From NCBI GenBank assembly GCA_963850905.1, contig CAWKMU010000003.1, positions 3,520,001 through 3,584,000 on the forward strand: a stretch of DNA of 64,000 nt, in the 5' to 3' direction. The notes under the pieces are model-generated. The model worked only from the letters and a program-made list of their open reading frames with translations, had not been told where the DNA came from and made no database searches. Source of the stretch: an uncultured Gemmatimonadales bacterium (GTDB taxonomy: Bacteria > Gemmatimonadota > Gemmatimonadetes > Gemmatimonadales > Gemmatimonadaceae). Made by a program: the position numbers and the translations under genes. Of this stretch, positions 40,317 to 51,388 are shown piece by piece (positions within the stretch are counted from its first letter, which is position 1; every line of letters starts with the position of its first letter).

Positions 40317-41123
40317 ATGGCGGAGCGCACGGTCCAGCTCGTTCTCCACTACGACGGGACCCGCTTCGCTGGCTGGCAGCGCCAGCCGGACGCGAGGACC
40401 GTGCAAGGGGAGTTCGAACAGACCCTCAGTCGGCTGTGCAACGTAAAAACGCGCGCGGTCGGGGCGGGCCGGACCGATGCGGGCGTGCATGCCCGGGGGC
40501 AAGCGGTCGGTGCTCTGGTGCCGGCGACGTGGACCGTGACCAAGCTGCGGCGAGCGTTGAATGCGCTCCTCCCGGACGACATCTGGGTCGCCGCCGCGTA
40601 TGACATGCAACCGGACTTTCATGCGCGATACAGCGCGGTGTCGCGCGCCTACACCTACCGAATCGGGACGGACGACGAAGCGCACTCACCCTTTCGATCG
40701 CCGTGGGAATGGGCGGTCAAAGACCCGCTCGATCGGCAGCACCTCGCCGACGCGGCCCAGGCCGTGGTTGGCGACCATTGCTTTCGGGCATTCGCCGTCC
40801 GAGGGACGGCGCCGGAACGCGACGATCATCGGTGTGTGGTACACGACGCGCGGTGGCGCGAGCGCCCCGGAGGATTGAGCTTTGAGATTAGGGCAAACCG
40901 CTTCCTCCATCACATGGTCAGATTTATCGTCGGCACCATGGTGGAGGTCGCGACGGGGCGGCGCGAGGTTGGCGCGGTGGCTCAACTGCTCGAGGCATCA
41001 GACAACTCGGACGTCTCGCCGCCGGCTCCTGCGCACGCGCTCTGCCTCGAGCAGGTCGAGTACCCCCGCGACCTGTACCTGCCTGGTGCAGAGACGGACA
41101 ACGAGCGCACCATTCCAGGCTGA
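40317..41123 (+). CDS. truA: tRNA pseudouridine(38-40) synthase
   Basis: YDGTRFAGWQRQ, GAGRTDAGVHARGQ, FHARYSA, FLHHMVR. Confidence 0.96.
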   Translation: MAERTVQLVLHYDGTRFAGWQRQPDARTVQGEFEQTLSRLCNVKTRAVGAGRTDAGVHARGQAVGALVPATWTVTKLRRALNALLPDDIWVAAAYDMQPDFHARYSAVSRAYTYRIGTDDEAHSPFRSPWEWAVKDPLDRQHLADAAQAVVGDHCFRAFAVRGTAPERDDHRCVVHDARWRERPGGLSFEIRANRFLHHMVRFIVGTMVEVATGRREVGAVAQLLEASDNSDVSPPAPAHALCLEQVEYPRDLYLPGAETDNERTIPG

Positions 41124-41150
41124 CAGACGGTCGAACGGTAGGCGGAGGCA

Positions 41151-41816
41151 ATGAAGATCTTCATAGCGACAGCATCGACGCGGGACGTGGAATGGGCGGC
41201 GGAAGCAGGCCTGGCCGATGGCGTGGTCGTGCCACCGTCGCTCTTGCGCGAAGTCGCGGGCCACGCCGGTGAGCGCGCCCTGCTCGCGGACATTTGCAAA
41301 ACCACGCCGCTGCCGGTGTGCGCCTCTGTCGGATCCGTCATGGCCGCAGACATTTATCGGGACGGCCGCGAGCTCGCCAAGATCTCGGACCAGATCCTGG
41401 TCCAGGTGCCGCTGGTGGAGGATGCCGTGCCCGCGATTCGCCGTCTGCGCGCAGATGGCGTGCGGGCAGTTGCGACGCTGATCTTTGGAACCGCGCAGGC
41501 CGTCCTGGCCGCGAAAGCGGGCGCGTTCATGGTGCAGGTCGACGTCGATCAGCTCGACGCGATTGGCGAGGATGGCGCAGCGATTGTCCAGGACGTGCGC
41601 GCCGTGTTCGCCGCGCACGCCGTCGGTTGTGACGTCGCAGCATCCATGCCTCGCAACAGCACGCAATTCGCACGCTGCGCCAGAGCGGGGGCCGACGTGG
41701 TCGCGGTGACGACTGACGTGCTCCGTTCATTGTTGTTGCATCCGCTCACAGATCGCGGACTCGACCAGTTGCTGCGCGACCTGAGTGCGCATGTGCCCGC
41801 CCGAGCCACGGTATAG
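41151..41816 (+). CDS. Transaldolase/FSA-family protein lacking catalytic residues
   Basis: Colinear with small transaldolases (MKIF.., TLIF..QAVLAAKAGA, HPLTDRGL) but active-site motifs are substituted. Confidence 0.85.
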   Translation: MKIFIATASTRDVEWAAEAGLADGVVVPPSLLREVAGHAGERALLADICKTTPLPVCASVGSVMAADIYRDGRELAKISDQILVQVPLVEDAVPAIRRLRADGVRAVATLIFGTAQAVLAAKAGAFMVQVDVDQLDAIGEDGAAIVQDVRAVFAAHAVGCDVAASMPRNSTQFARCARAGADVVAVTTDVLRSLLLHPLTDRGLDQLLRDLSAHVPARATV

Positions 41817-41824
41817 GCCGACGC

Positions 41825-43330
41825 ATGAGGCTCAACCATCTGCTCGTTCTTGCGACCGCCGTGCTGGTGTGCGGGTGCCGGTCGCGCGCCGCGGCGCCCG
41901 CGAGCAGTGCCGGGTTCGTCGCAGACCCGATCGACCAGGACACGGGCCGGGCCGCATCGCTGGCTGCGCCGTCGGCGAACGACACGGGGGGATTGGCCAC
42001 GGCACCGCGCACGGATTCACACTCCGTGCATCTGAGTCCGGCCGCTCGGAACGCGCTCGCCATGCGCCGAACGCCGATCACCGACGCCGTCGCGCGAGTC
42101 GCCCCGGCGGTCGTGACGGTGCAGACGCAGGCGGTCACGCACTCGTCCGATCCATTCGACACGTTCTTTGGCGGCGGAGGGGATCGGACCACGCAGGGGC
42201 TTGGCTCGGGATTCATCGTCCGGCCGGATGGCGTCATCGTCACCAACGCACACGTCGTGAGCGGCGCGACATCCGTCAACGTCGCACTCCGCGACGGGAC
42301 GACCTATCCGGCAAAGGTCGTTGGCGTCGACGAAGTGAACGACCTCGCGGTCTTGCGCATCAACGCCCAGCACCTAACCGTGGCAACGCTCGGGAATTCC
42401 GACGATCTGCTCATTGGCGAATGGGCCATCGCGATCGGGAATCCGTACGGCTTCTTCCTTGGAAACACCGAGCCGAGTGTGACCGCCGGCGTGATCAGCG
42501 GAACGGGGCGCAATCTCGTCGGCCAGGCCGAGGGCAATGGCGTCTACGTCGACATGATTCAGACGGACGCGGCGATCAATCCGGGCAACTCGGGCGGCCC
42601 GCTCGTCAACGCGATGGGTGAGGTGATCGGGGTCAATAGCTCGATCTACACACCGAGCGGCGGGTCCGTCGGCCTGGGGTTTGCCATCCCGATCAACCGC
42701 GCCAAGCGCGTGACCGAGGACTTGCTCGCGCACGGCGCCGTCCGCCGCCCGTGGATCGGCGTGACACCCCAGTTGAGCGAATCCAGCAACCCGCGCGACT
42801 TGCTCACCGGCGGCGTGACGGTGCGCACGGTCGCTCCGGGGTCGCCGGCGGCCCGTGCCGGGATCGTGCCCGGCGACATGATCGTCCAGTCCCGCGGACG
42901 CCCGATGCACAACCCGTACGACTGGGAAGCCGAGCTGCTCGACATGCGCGTCGGCGAAACCGTTTCCCTTCTGATCCGCCGCGGCACGCGCGAATTCACG
43001 GACACGGTGCAGGTCTCCGACCTGCCGGACGTCGCGGCGCCGAAAGTCGAAGTCCTCAAGGAGCTGCAACTCGTGACGTTGACGCCCGCCATCCGGGCGG
43101 AGCGCAGCGTGCGAAGCACGCATGGCGCCGTGATCTACAGTGTGACCCCACGCGTCTCCGACGAGTTGGGGATCCGATCCGGTGACGTGATTCTCCAGGT
43201 CAATCGCACACCCGTGGCGAGCGCGGACCAGGCGGCCCGGGCGCTGAACTACTACTCCGGTCGCGGCCTCATCCGGATGTACTTCGAGCATAACGGCCAG
43301 GTGTTCACGACGGACTTCAACATCCAATGA
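41825..43330 (+). CDS. HtrA/DegP-family serine protease with two PDZ domains, probable lipoprotein
   Basis: GSGFIV..TNAHVV, DLAVL, IQTDAAINPGNSGGPL; lipobox-like LVCGC. Confidence 0.93.
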   Translation: MRLNHLLVLATAVLVCGCRSRAAAPASSAGFVADPIDQDTGRAASLAAPSANDTGGLATAPRTDSHSVHLSPAARNALAMRRTPITDAVARVAPAVVTVQTQAVTHSSDPFDTFFGGGGDRTTQGLGSGFIVRPDGVIVTNAHVVSGATSVNVALRDGTTYPAKVVGVDEVNDLAVLRINAQHLTVATLGNSDDLLIGEWAIAIGNPYGFFLGNTEPSVTAGVISGTGRNLVGQAEGNGVYVDMIQTDAAINPGNSGGPLVNAMGEVIGVNSSIYTPSGGSVGLGFAIPINRAKRVTEDLLAHGAVRRPWIGVTPQLSESSNPRDLLTGGVTVRTVAPGSPAARAGIVPGDMIVQSRGRPMHNPYDWEAELLDMRVGETVSLLIRRGTREFTDTVQVSDLPDVAAPKVEVLKELQLVTLTPAIRAERSVRSTHGAVIYSVTPRVSDELGIRSGDVILQVNRTPVASADQAARALNYYSGRGLIRMYFEHNGQVFTTDFNIQ

Positions 43331-44808
43331 GCGCGCACGACGCGCTCGAATCGGCGCGCGCCGCTGGGGACGCTCAGTCGGGCTACGTCTCCCCACTCGC
43401 GGAGCGGTACGCGTCGCCCGACATGCTGGCGCTGTGGTCGCCGCGGACACGCCACGGGCTGTGGCGGCGCATCTGGCTGGCGTTGGCCGAAGCCGAGCGG
43501 GAGTTGGGGGCCGACGTGCCGGCAACGGCGATTGCCGAGATGCGGGCACATCTCGATGACATCGACTTCGCCGCGGTCCGCGCCTACGAGAAGCGTTTCC
43601 GCCATGATGTCATGGCACACGTGCACGCGTTCGCCGACGTCGCGCCGGCCGCGCGACGCGTGATCCATCTGGGTGCGACCAGCGCGGACATCACGGACAA
43701 TGCGGACCTGATCCAGGTGCGGATGGGCCTCGAGATCCTGCGGTCGCGTGTGGTACGCGTCCTTCGGCTGCTCGCCGCGTTCGCCGAGCGATGGCGTGCC
43801 GAGCCCACCCTGGGGTACACGCATCTGCAGCCAGCCCAACTCACGACCGTCGGAAAACGCGCGACGCTCTGGATGCAGGACCTGGTGCTCGACCTGGAGG
43901 ACCTCGATCACTGCCACGCGACGCTCCCGTTTCGCGGTATCAAAGGCACAACCGGCACACAGGGGAGTTACCTCGAGCTCTTTCGCGGAGATCACGCGCG
44001 CGTGCGCGAGCTGGACCAGCGCGTCACCCGGGCCCTGGGGTTCACCGACAGCCTGGCCGTCACCGGGCAGACGTATTCGCGCAAGCTCGACGCGCGCGTG
44101 CTGGCCGTCATCGCGGGGATCACCGCGAGCGCATCGAAGTTCAGCGGTGACATCCGATTGTTGCAGGCGTTCGGAGAGATCGAAGAACCGTTCGAGCAGG
44201 ACCAGGTCGGCTCATCTGCTATGGCGTACAAGCGCAACCCGATGCGGTCCGAGCGCATCGCATCACTGGCGCGTTTCGTCCAATCGCTCGAGCCCAATGC
44301 CAACCAGACACACAGCGTGCAATACTTCGAGCGCACCCTGGACGACAGCGCCAACCGGCGCCTCGTGCTCCCGGAAAGCTTTCTCGCCGCCGACGCCATC
44401 CTGTTGCTCATGGCCAACGTGTCCGCCGGTCTGGAGGTGCATCCCGCGCGGATTCGCCGGCGGGTCGAGGACGAGTTGCCATTCATGGCCACGGAAGAGC
44501 TGATCGTTCGGGCGGTGCGAGCGGGCGGCGACCGGCAGGCGACCCACGAGACGATCCGCCGCCACAGTCTCGCGGCGGCCGCGGCGCTCAAGGCCGGGGC
44601 GGCCCGCAACGACATGCTGGATCGCTTGGCGTCCGACCCGTCGTTCCCGATGAACGCGGACGACCTGAGGGTCCTGCCTCTCGACCCACACCGTTTCGTC
44701 GGACGGGCCGGCGAGCAGGTCGATGATTTTCTGCGCGACGTCGTCGGACCAATTCTCGCGACCGGCGACGGCGTCACGACGGCGCTCGAAGAACACGTAC
44801 GAGTCTGA
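43327..44808 (+). CDS. purB: Adenylosuccinate lyase
   Basis: RHDVMAH, HLGATS, THLQPAQ, GSSAMAYKRNP. Confidence 0.96.
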   Translation: MSAHDALESARAAGDAQSGYVSPLAERYASPDMLALWSPRTRHGLWRRIWLALAEAERELGADVPATAIAEMRAHLDDIDFAAVRAYEKRFRHDVMAHVHAFADVAPAARRVIHLGATSADITDNADLIQVRMGLEILRSRVVRVLRLLAAFAERWRAEPTLGYTHLQPAQLTTVGKRATLWMQDLVLDLEDLDHCHATLPFRGIKGTTGTQGSYLELFRGDHARVRELDQRVTRALGFTDSLAVTGQTYSRKLDARVLAVIAGITASASKFSGDIRLLQAFGEIEEPFEQDQVGSSAMAYKRNPMRSERIASLARFVQSLEPNANQTHSVQYFERTLDDSANRRLVLPESFLAADAILLLMANVSAGLEVHPARIRRRVEDELPFMATEELIVRAVRAGGDRQATHETIRRHSLAAAAALKAGAARNDMLDRLASDPSFPMNADDLRVLPLDPHRFVGRAGEQVDDFLRDVVGPILATGDGVTTALEEHVRV

Positions 44809-44811
44809 TCA

Positions 44812-45783
44812 ATGAGAGAGTCTCCACACGCAAACCGTGATGTCGTGAGCCACCCGATCCGAGAGACGTACCTGCCACTGCCATTGCTCCGCCAGGGCAA
44901 GGTGCGTGACGTGTATGAGGTCGATGCCGATCGCTTGCTGCTCGTGGCGAGCGACCGCATCAGCGCCTTCGACGTGGTCATGCGCGAGCCGGTGCCACAC
45001 AAGGGCGCCGTGCTCACCCAGCTGACCGCGTGGTGGCTGCGCCAACTGGCGAGCGATGTGCCCCACCACCTGATCAGCGCTGACCCCGACGCGATCGTCG
45101 CGGCGGTGCCCGTGTTGGCTCCGGCCCGATCGGCCTTGGTGGGCCGCGCGATGCTCGTGCACCGTACGACGGTGTTCCCCATCGAGTGCGTCATGCGTGG
45201 CTACATCTCGGGGTCGGCCTGGAAGGAGTACGTGGCGGGCGTGCCCGTCGCTGGTCACCGGCTCTCGGCCGGCCTGCGCGAGAGTGATCGCCTGGATCCG
45301 CCGCTGTTCACGCCCGCGACGAAGGCGGAAAGCGGGCACGACGAAAACATCACGACCGACGAGATGGCGAAGCGCATCGGACGACCGGTCACGCAGGAGC
45401 TGGAGCGGTTGACCCGATTGATCTACGAGCGCGGCCGCACGGAGGCCGCGGGGCGCGGCATTCTGATCGCGGACACCAAGTTGGAGTTCGGGCGCACGGG
45501 CGAGCGCATTCTGCTCATCGATGAGGTGTTGACGCCCGACAGCTCGCGGTTCTGGCCCGCCGATGCGTATGCACCGGGCCGGACGCAGGCGAGCTTCGAC
45601 AAGCAGCCGCTGCGGGATTACCTGGACGACGAGCGCCGCGCCGGCCGCTGGAACGGAGATGCGCCGGCCCCTGTGTTGCCGCCGGAGGTGGTCCGAGCCA
45701 CGAGTGCGCGGTACCTGGAGGCGTTTCGGCGACTGACCGGCGCGCCGCTGGCGCCGGGTGTCGGCGGGCCGGCGGTCGCGTGA
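44812..45783 (+). CDS. purC: SAICAR synthase
   Basis: [46 protein letters not shown]. Confidence 0.96.
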   Translation: MRESPHANRDVVSHPIRETYLPLPLLRQGKVRDVYEVDADRLLLVASDRISAFDVVMREPVPHKGAVLTQLTAWWLRQLASDVPHHLISADPDAIVAAVPVLAPARSALVGRAMLVHRTTVFPIECVMRGYISGSAWKEYVAGVPVAGHRLSAGLRESDRLDPPLFTPATKAESGHDENITTDEMAKRIGRPVTQELERLTRLIYERGRTEAAGRGILIADTKLEFGRTGERILLIDEVLTPDSSRFWPADAYAPGRTQASFDKQPLRDYLDDERRAGRWNGDAPAPVLPPEVVRATSARYLEAFRRLTGAPLAPGVGGPAVA

Positions 45784-46436
45784 GCTTCGCGCGCGAAGGA
45801 TACGTCTATATGCTGGGGGCAGCCGCAGTCGCCGCCGCGCTGCTCGCGACAGCCCTCGTCCGCCGATCGTGGGCCCTGTGGGTCGCGGCGTTCATCTGCG
45901 TGGTGATTGCGCTCTGGGTCGCGTATTTCTTTCGAGACCCCGAGCGGCACGGTGACCGCGGCGAGCGGTTTGTCGTCTCTCCGGCCGATGGCCGGGTGGC
46001 CATGATCGCCACGGTCGATGAGCCGCTCTTTCTCCGCGGACGCGCCTCCCGCATCTCCGTGTTCATGAACGTCTTCAATGTGCATGTCAACCGATATCCG
46101 CTCGACGGAGTGATTCGGTACATGCACTACAATCCCGGCAAGTTCCTCAACGCGGCGCATGAGAAAGCCAGTCTGGACAACGAACAGCAGTCCGTTGGCA
46201 TCGAGACGGCCGACGGTCGGCGGCGCCTCGTGGTACGCCAGATCGCGGGCCTCATCGCCCGACGCATCGCGACCTACGGAGCGGTCGGCGACGCCGTTAC
46301 GCAGGGTGATCGCATGGGAATCATTCGCTTCGGCTCGCGGGTCGATGTGTTCATCGCACCGGAAGCGGTCATCAAGGTGAGCGTCGGCCAACGCGTGCTC
46401 GCCGGCGTCACGGTGCTCGCAGAGCTGCCAGCGTGA
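45780..46436 (+). CDS. psd: Phosphatidylserine decarboxylase proenzyme
   Basis: [26 protein letters not shown] cleavage motif. Confidence 0.93.
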   Translation: MSFAREGYVYMLGAAAVAAALLATALVRRSWALWVAAFICVVIALWVAYFFRDPERHGDRGERFVVSPADGRVAMIATVDEPLFLRGRASRISVFMNVFNVHVNRYPLDGVIRYMHYNPGKFLNAAHEKASLDNEQQSVGIETADGRRRLVVRQIAGLIARRIATYGAVGDAVTQGDRMGIIRFGSRVDVFIAPEAVIKVSVGQRVLAGVTVLAELPA

Positions 46437-46470
46437 TGCGGCCGCGCACCCCGCTGGTGACGAGGACATC

Positions 46471-47418
46471 GTGATCCCGGTCCGCAGGCTTGTCGCGCGC
46501 CGGCTCCGGCGCTCCGACGTCCGGCGGGCCGCGCCGGCGCTGCCCAATGGGTTCACCCTTGGCAATCTCTTTTTTGGCATCTTCGCGATCGTGTCCGCCT
46601 CGCGCGGACAGTTCGCCCACGCGGTCCTCTACGTCGTCCTCGGCGGCGTCTGCGATGGCTTCGATGGCCGGATCGCGCGCGCCACCGGCACGGGCAGCCG
46701 GTTCGGCGTCGAGCTGGATTCGCTCGTCGATGCGATCTCGTTCGGGCTCGCGCCCGCCATGATCATCTACTTCTCCGTGCTGGACCGGGAAGGCGGCGCG
46801 TGGTGGCTGCTCGTGTTTCTGTTCACCGCCTGCGCCGTCATCCGGCTCGCCAGGTTCAACGTGACCCAGGCGGGAACGGCCAAGCGACACTTCCAGGGAC
46901 TGCCGAGCCCCGCGGCCGGGGTGACGCTGGCGACTTACTACTGGTTCAGCCAGAGTGCCCTGTACACCCAGACGGCGATCGCGGATCTGCCGTGGCCGGA
47001 CGTGATGAAGATCCTCATGGGCGTCCTGTCCATCCTGATGATCACAAATGTCCCGTACCCGGTCTTCCCCAAGGTCGGCGTGCGGAGTTGGAGCGCGGTC
47101 GGCGGACTCGTTGTCGTAGTGGGCGCGATTTGCGGTATATTTATTTATGGCCGTGAGTTCTTCTTTCCCGCAGGCATGGCGTACGTGCTCTACGGGCTCG
47201 TCAAGACGTTCGTCCTCGGCCTGGCGGATCGCATCCCCACGGGCGGCGACATGGACGAAGACCGCGCGGAGGATGACGACGACGCGCTCGTCACACGCCG
47301 CGGACGCGACGTGGTCGTCGGTCGCCGCCGGCGCCAGCATCGACGCCGCCGCGGCCTCCTGCCGACGCCCGGTGCCGGCAATCGCGCCGCGGAAGCGGAT
47401 GGAGTGCGCGACGGCTGA
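46471..47418 (+). CDS. pssA: CDP-diacylglycerol--serine O-phosphatidyltransferase
   Basis: LPNGFTLGN, DGFDGRIAR..SRFGVELDSLVDAISFG, RLARFN, FQGLPSP. Confidence 0.93.
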   Translation: MIPVRRLVARRLRRSDVRRAAPALPNGFTLGNLFFGIFAIVSASRGQFAHAVLYVVLGGVCDGFDGRIARATGTGSRFGVELDSLVDAISFGLAPAMIIYFSVLDREGGAWWLLVFLFTACAVIRLARFNVTQAGTAKRHFQGLPSPAAGVTLATYYWFSQSALYTQTAIADLPWPDVMKILMGVLSILMITNVPYPVFPKVGVRSWSAVGGLVVVVGAICGIFIYGREFFFPAGMAYVLYGLVKTFVLGLADRIPTGGDMDEDRAEDDDDALVTRRGRDVVVGRRRRQHRRRRGLLPTPGAGNRAAEADGVRDG

Positions 47419-47473
47419 TCGAGGCATCTCCGCGAGACGGAGACGCCCGCGTGGTGCGGGCGGACGCCGCCTG

Positions 47474-47728
47474 ATGCGCTATCGAGTCGCCATCCACATT
47501 CTGCCCCGCGAGGGCATTCTCGATCCACAGGGACACGCCGTGGCCGACGCGCTGCAGACACTGGGCTTCGGTGGCGTTCGCGATGTGCGGATCGGACGAC
47601 ATGTCGTCGTCGACACGGATGCGGAGACGCCGGAGGCAGCGACGGAGGCCGTCCGCGCGATGTGCGGTCGCCTGCTCGCCAATCCGGTGATCGAGGACTT
47701 CGAGATCGCGTCCGTCACCGGTACCTGA
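47474..47728 (+). CDS. purS: FGAM synthase subunit PurS
   Basis: ILDPQG, VRIGR, LLANPVIEDF. Confidence 0.93.
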   Translation: MRYRVAIHILPREGILDPQGHAVADALQTLGFGGVRDVRIGRHVVVDTDAETPEAATEAVRAMCGRLLANPVIEDFEIASVTGT

Positions 47729-47746
47729 CCCTCGCTCGAGGCCATC

Positions 47747-48439
47747 ATGCGTTTCGGCATCATTACGTTCCCCGGTTCCAACTGTGACACGGACGCGTAT
47801 TACGCGGTCGTGGAAGCGCTGGGCGAGGAAGCCGTGATGCTCTGGCACAAGGACCACGATCTCCAGGGCGTGGATGTGGTGATCCTGCCGGGCGGATTCG
47901 CGCACGGCGACTATCTCCGCGCGGGCGCGATCGCGCGCTTCAGTCCCATCATGCGCGAGGTCGCAGCCCACGCCGGCCGCGGGGGCCGCGTGTTGGCCAT
48001 CTGCAACGGATTCCAGATCGCCTGCGAGGCGGGATTGCTCCCCGGCGCGCTTGTGCGCAACGGGGGCCAATCCTACATCTGCGATCAGATCCGGGTCCGC
48101 GTCGAGAATGCCGATACCACGTTCACCAACGCATATCCGGCGGGGGCAGTGCTCCGCATGCCGATCGCGCACGGCGACGGGCGCTTCGTCGCCGATCGCC
48201 CAATCCTCGACGCACTCGAGAATGAAGGCCGCGTCGTCTTTCGCTACGTCGACGCAGCAGGTGTCGTGTCTCCGGAGGGAAATCCGAATGGATCGACGCG
48301 TGCGATCGCAGGCATCATCAACAGTGCAGGCAACGTGCTGGGCCTCATGCCACACCCCGAGCGAGTCGTCGACCCGATCCTCGGGCCCCCGGATGGGCTG
48401 CCGCTGTTCGAGTCGCTCGTCGCACGAGTGGCCGCGTAG
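47747..48439 (+). CDS. purQ: FGAM synthase glutaminase subunit PurQ
   Basis: FPGSNCD, PGGFAHGDYLR, ICNGFQ, MPHPER. Confidence 0.96.
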   Translation: MRFGIITFPGSNCDTDAYYAVVEALGEEAVMLWHKDHDLQGVDVVILPGGFAHGDYLRAGAIARFSPIMREVAAHAGRGGRVLAICNGFQIACEAGLLPGALVRNGGQSYICDQIRVRVENADTTFTNAYPAGAVLRMPIAHGDGRFVADRPILDALENEGRVVFRYVDAAGVVSPEGNPNGSTRAIAGIINSAGNVLGLMPHPERVVDPILGPPDGLPLFESLVARVAA

Positions 48440-48440
48440 G

Positions 48441-49003
48441 ATGCGGTCGCTCCACTCGCCTCGGATACGTCGCACGGCATCGCGCTGATCGCGCTGTCGC
48501 TCCCGCTCACGGCTACCTGGGCCCTCGCGCAGGCGCCGGCGGCCGTCGCCATCGATCCGGGCATGACGCGAGACGAGGTAGTGGCGCGGCTGGGGACGCC
48601 GAGCGGCGAGAGTCACGCGGGATCCTTCACCTATCTCTTCTACGACAACGGCTGTGCCGCGCGCTGCGGGATCGATGACGTCGTCGTCCTCGAGAGGGAC
48701 ATCGTCACGGACGCCATTTTCCGCTCGCCGAAGCGTGCCTTCACCGGTGTCAGCTCCTCACCCCAGGAGCTCTCAGCAGCGCCGGGCGATCAGTTCGGGC
48801 CGCAGCCGTTACGGGCGAGCACCAGCGATGACAGCGCCCATCGCGGTGGCATCGTCTTCGCGCAGCCGCACCCGATTGCCCAGCCGCCCCGCTACGTCCG
48901 CATCATCCCCAATCGGGCAGACTCGGCTCGGATGGCGCAACCGAGCGCCGGCGCCGCAGCGTCGGCGACGGGAACCGATTCGGCCGCGACGACCCCGCAC
49001 TGA
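48441..49003 (+). CDS. Exported hypothetical protein with a SmpA/BamE-like motif, probable frameshift near 48470
   Basis: Signal-like IALIALSLPLTATWALAQ in frame with IDPGMTRDEVVARLGTP; the only nearby ATG (48441) is out of frame. Confidence 0.55.
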
Positions 49004-49006
49004 TCC

Positions 49007-51343
49007 GTGGCGCAACGACCCGCAGGCCCTCAGCCCAGATTGGGCGATCCGGTAATTACTCCGGCGCTCGTCGCCGAGCACGGGCTGACACCCGATGAGT
49101 TCGACCGCGTCGTGCGCATGCTTGGACGTCAACCGACGTTCACCGAGCTTGGCATCGTGAGCGCGCTGTGGAGTGAGCACTGCTCGTACAAGCACTCGCG
49201 ACCGCTCCTCAAGTCCCTGCCCACCAAGGCTCCCTACGTCCTCCAGGGACCCGGCGAGAACGCGGGGGTCATCGCGGTTGGCGATGGCCTCGCGGTCGCC
49301 TTCAAGATCGAGTCGCACAATCATCCGTCGGCGGTCGAACCCTACCAGGGCGCCGCGACGGGCGTCGGCGGCATCCTGCGTGATGTGTTCACGATGGGCG
49401 CGCGCCCCATCGCGATGCTCAATTCGCTGCGCTTCGGCAGCCTGGATGATCCGCGCGTGCGATATCTGTTCGCCGGCGTCGTGCGCGGCATCGGCGACTA
49501 CGGCAACTGTGTGGGTGTGCCAACAGTGGCGGGCGAGGTCGTGTTTGATCCGGCGTACGCCGGCAACCCGCTCGTCAACGCGATGTGCGTCGGTGTCCTG
49601 CACGAGTCCGAGCTCATTCGCGCCAAAGCTGAAGGCGTCGGCAACCCCATCATCGCAGTGGGCGCCCGCACCGGGCGCGACGGGATCCATGGAGCATCAT
49701 TCGCCTCCGAAGACCTGTCGGCCGCGACGCGATGCCAAGCGACCCCGCGTCCAGGTGGGTGACCCGTTCACGGAGAAGCTGCTGCTCGAGGCCAGCCTCG
49801 AGCTGATCCTGAGCGGGCACATCGTCGCGATTCAGGACATGGGAGCTGCCGGCCTGACGTCGTCCTCCGCAGAGATGGCGGCGCGCGGCGACGTCGGCGT
49901 CACGATCGACGTCACGAAGGTGCCCGTGCGCGAAACCGGGATGACGCCCTACGAGATCCTGCTCAGCGAGTCGCAGGAGCGCATGCTGGTCGTCGCGCGC
50001 CGCGGGCATGAAGACGCCGTTCGCGCCATCCTCGCCAAGTGGGACCTCGCCGCCGCGGTGATCGGGTCGGTCATCGCGGAGCCCGTGTATCGTGTGACAG
50101 AAGGCGAACGGGTCGTTGCGGAGTTCCCGGGGTCGCAGCCTGGTCACCGATTGCCCGAGCTATACGCCCGACGCACGCGAAGACGAGCAGATCGTCGCGG
50201 CACGCGAGATGGACGTCTCGGCCGTCCAGCCTCGCCCCGAGGAGCGCGACCCCACCTGGACGCTCCTCGCACTGCTGTCGTCGCCGACGATCGCGAGCAA
50301 GGCCTGGGTCACGCGCCAGTACGACACATCGGTTCGTACGAGCACCGTCGTAGCGCCCGGGGGTGGCGACGCGGCCGTCGTGCGGCTGCGCGGAACTGAG
50401 CGGGCGCTTGCGCATCAAGACCGACGGCAATGGTCGCTACACCTATCTCGACCCGCGTGCCGGTGGCCGCATCGCCGTCGCGGAGGCAGCGCGCAACGTC
50501 GCCTGCGTGGGCGCCCGGCCCATGGCCATCACAAACTGCCTGAACTTCGGCAACCCGACCCGGCCTGAGGTCTACTACCAGCTGCGCGAGGCGATCGCCG
50601 GGATGGGGGAGGCCTGTCGGGCGCTCGGCACACCGGTGACTGGCGGCAACGTTTCGCTGTACAACGAGAGCCCGGCCGGCGCCGTGTATCCCACCCCGGT
50701 GATCGGGATGGTCGGACTCATCGACTCGGTGTCGCCACGTGACGCGCAGCGCGTTCCCCTCGGACGCCGATGTCGCGATCGTGCTGCTCGGGGAGCCGAC
50801 CGCAGAATTGGGCGGGAGCGAGTACCTCGCGCGGATCCACGGCGTCGTGGGAGGTCATCCGCCCGCATGCGACGTGGACGCCGAACGGGCCCTGATCGAG
50901 ACCGCTGCTCGCCGCCGGGCATGGCGGCCTGGTCTGCTCGGCACACGATGTGAGCGACGGTGGCCTGGCGGTTGCGCTGGCCGAGTGCTGCGTTGGGAAT
51001 CGAGAGCGCGTCGTGGGCGCCGACATCGACCTGTCCGCGTGGGCAACCCTGCCGCTTGCCGCGCTGCTGTTCGGCGAGGGGCAGGGGCGGATCGTCGTGT
51101 CCACCACCGACGTCGCCGGCCGTCCTGCAGCTGGCACGCGAGCACGCAGTGCCGGCGCGCGCGATCGGGACGACCCGAGCGCAGTCGAAGGAGCTGCGCA
51201 TCGTCGCCGGAGCGACGACGCTTCACGCATCGATCGCGGCCATGGTCGAGGCGTATTACGACGCGATTCCGCGCGTGATGACGGGATCAGCCGCCGTCAT
51301 TCGTGCGAGCGAGGAGCCAAGCCCGGCCGAGTCGTTCGTGTAG
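49007..51343 (+). CDS. purL: FGAM synthase subunit PurL, about 6 frameshifts
   Basis: [58 protein letters not shown] spread over successive frames. Confidence 0.93.
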
Positions 51344-51388
51344 TCGACTACGTTTCCTATCCGATCCACTGATCCGGTCCACTGACCC

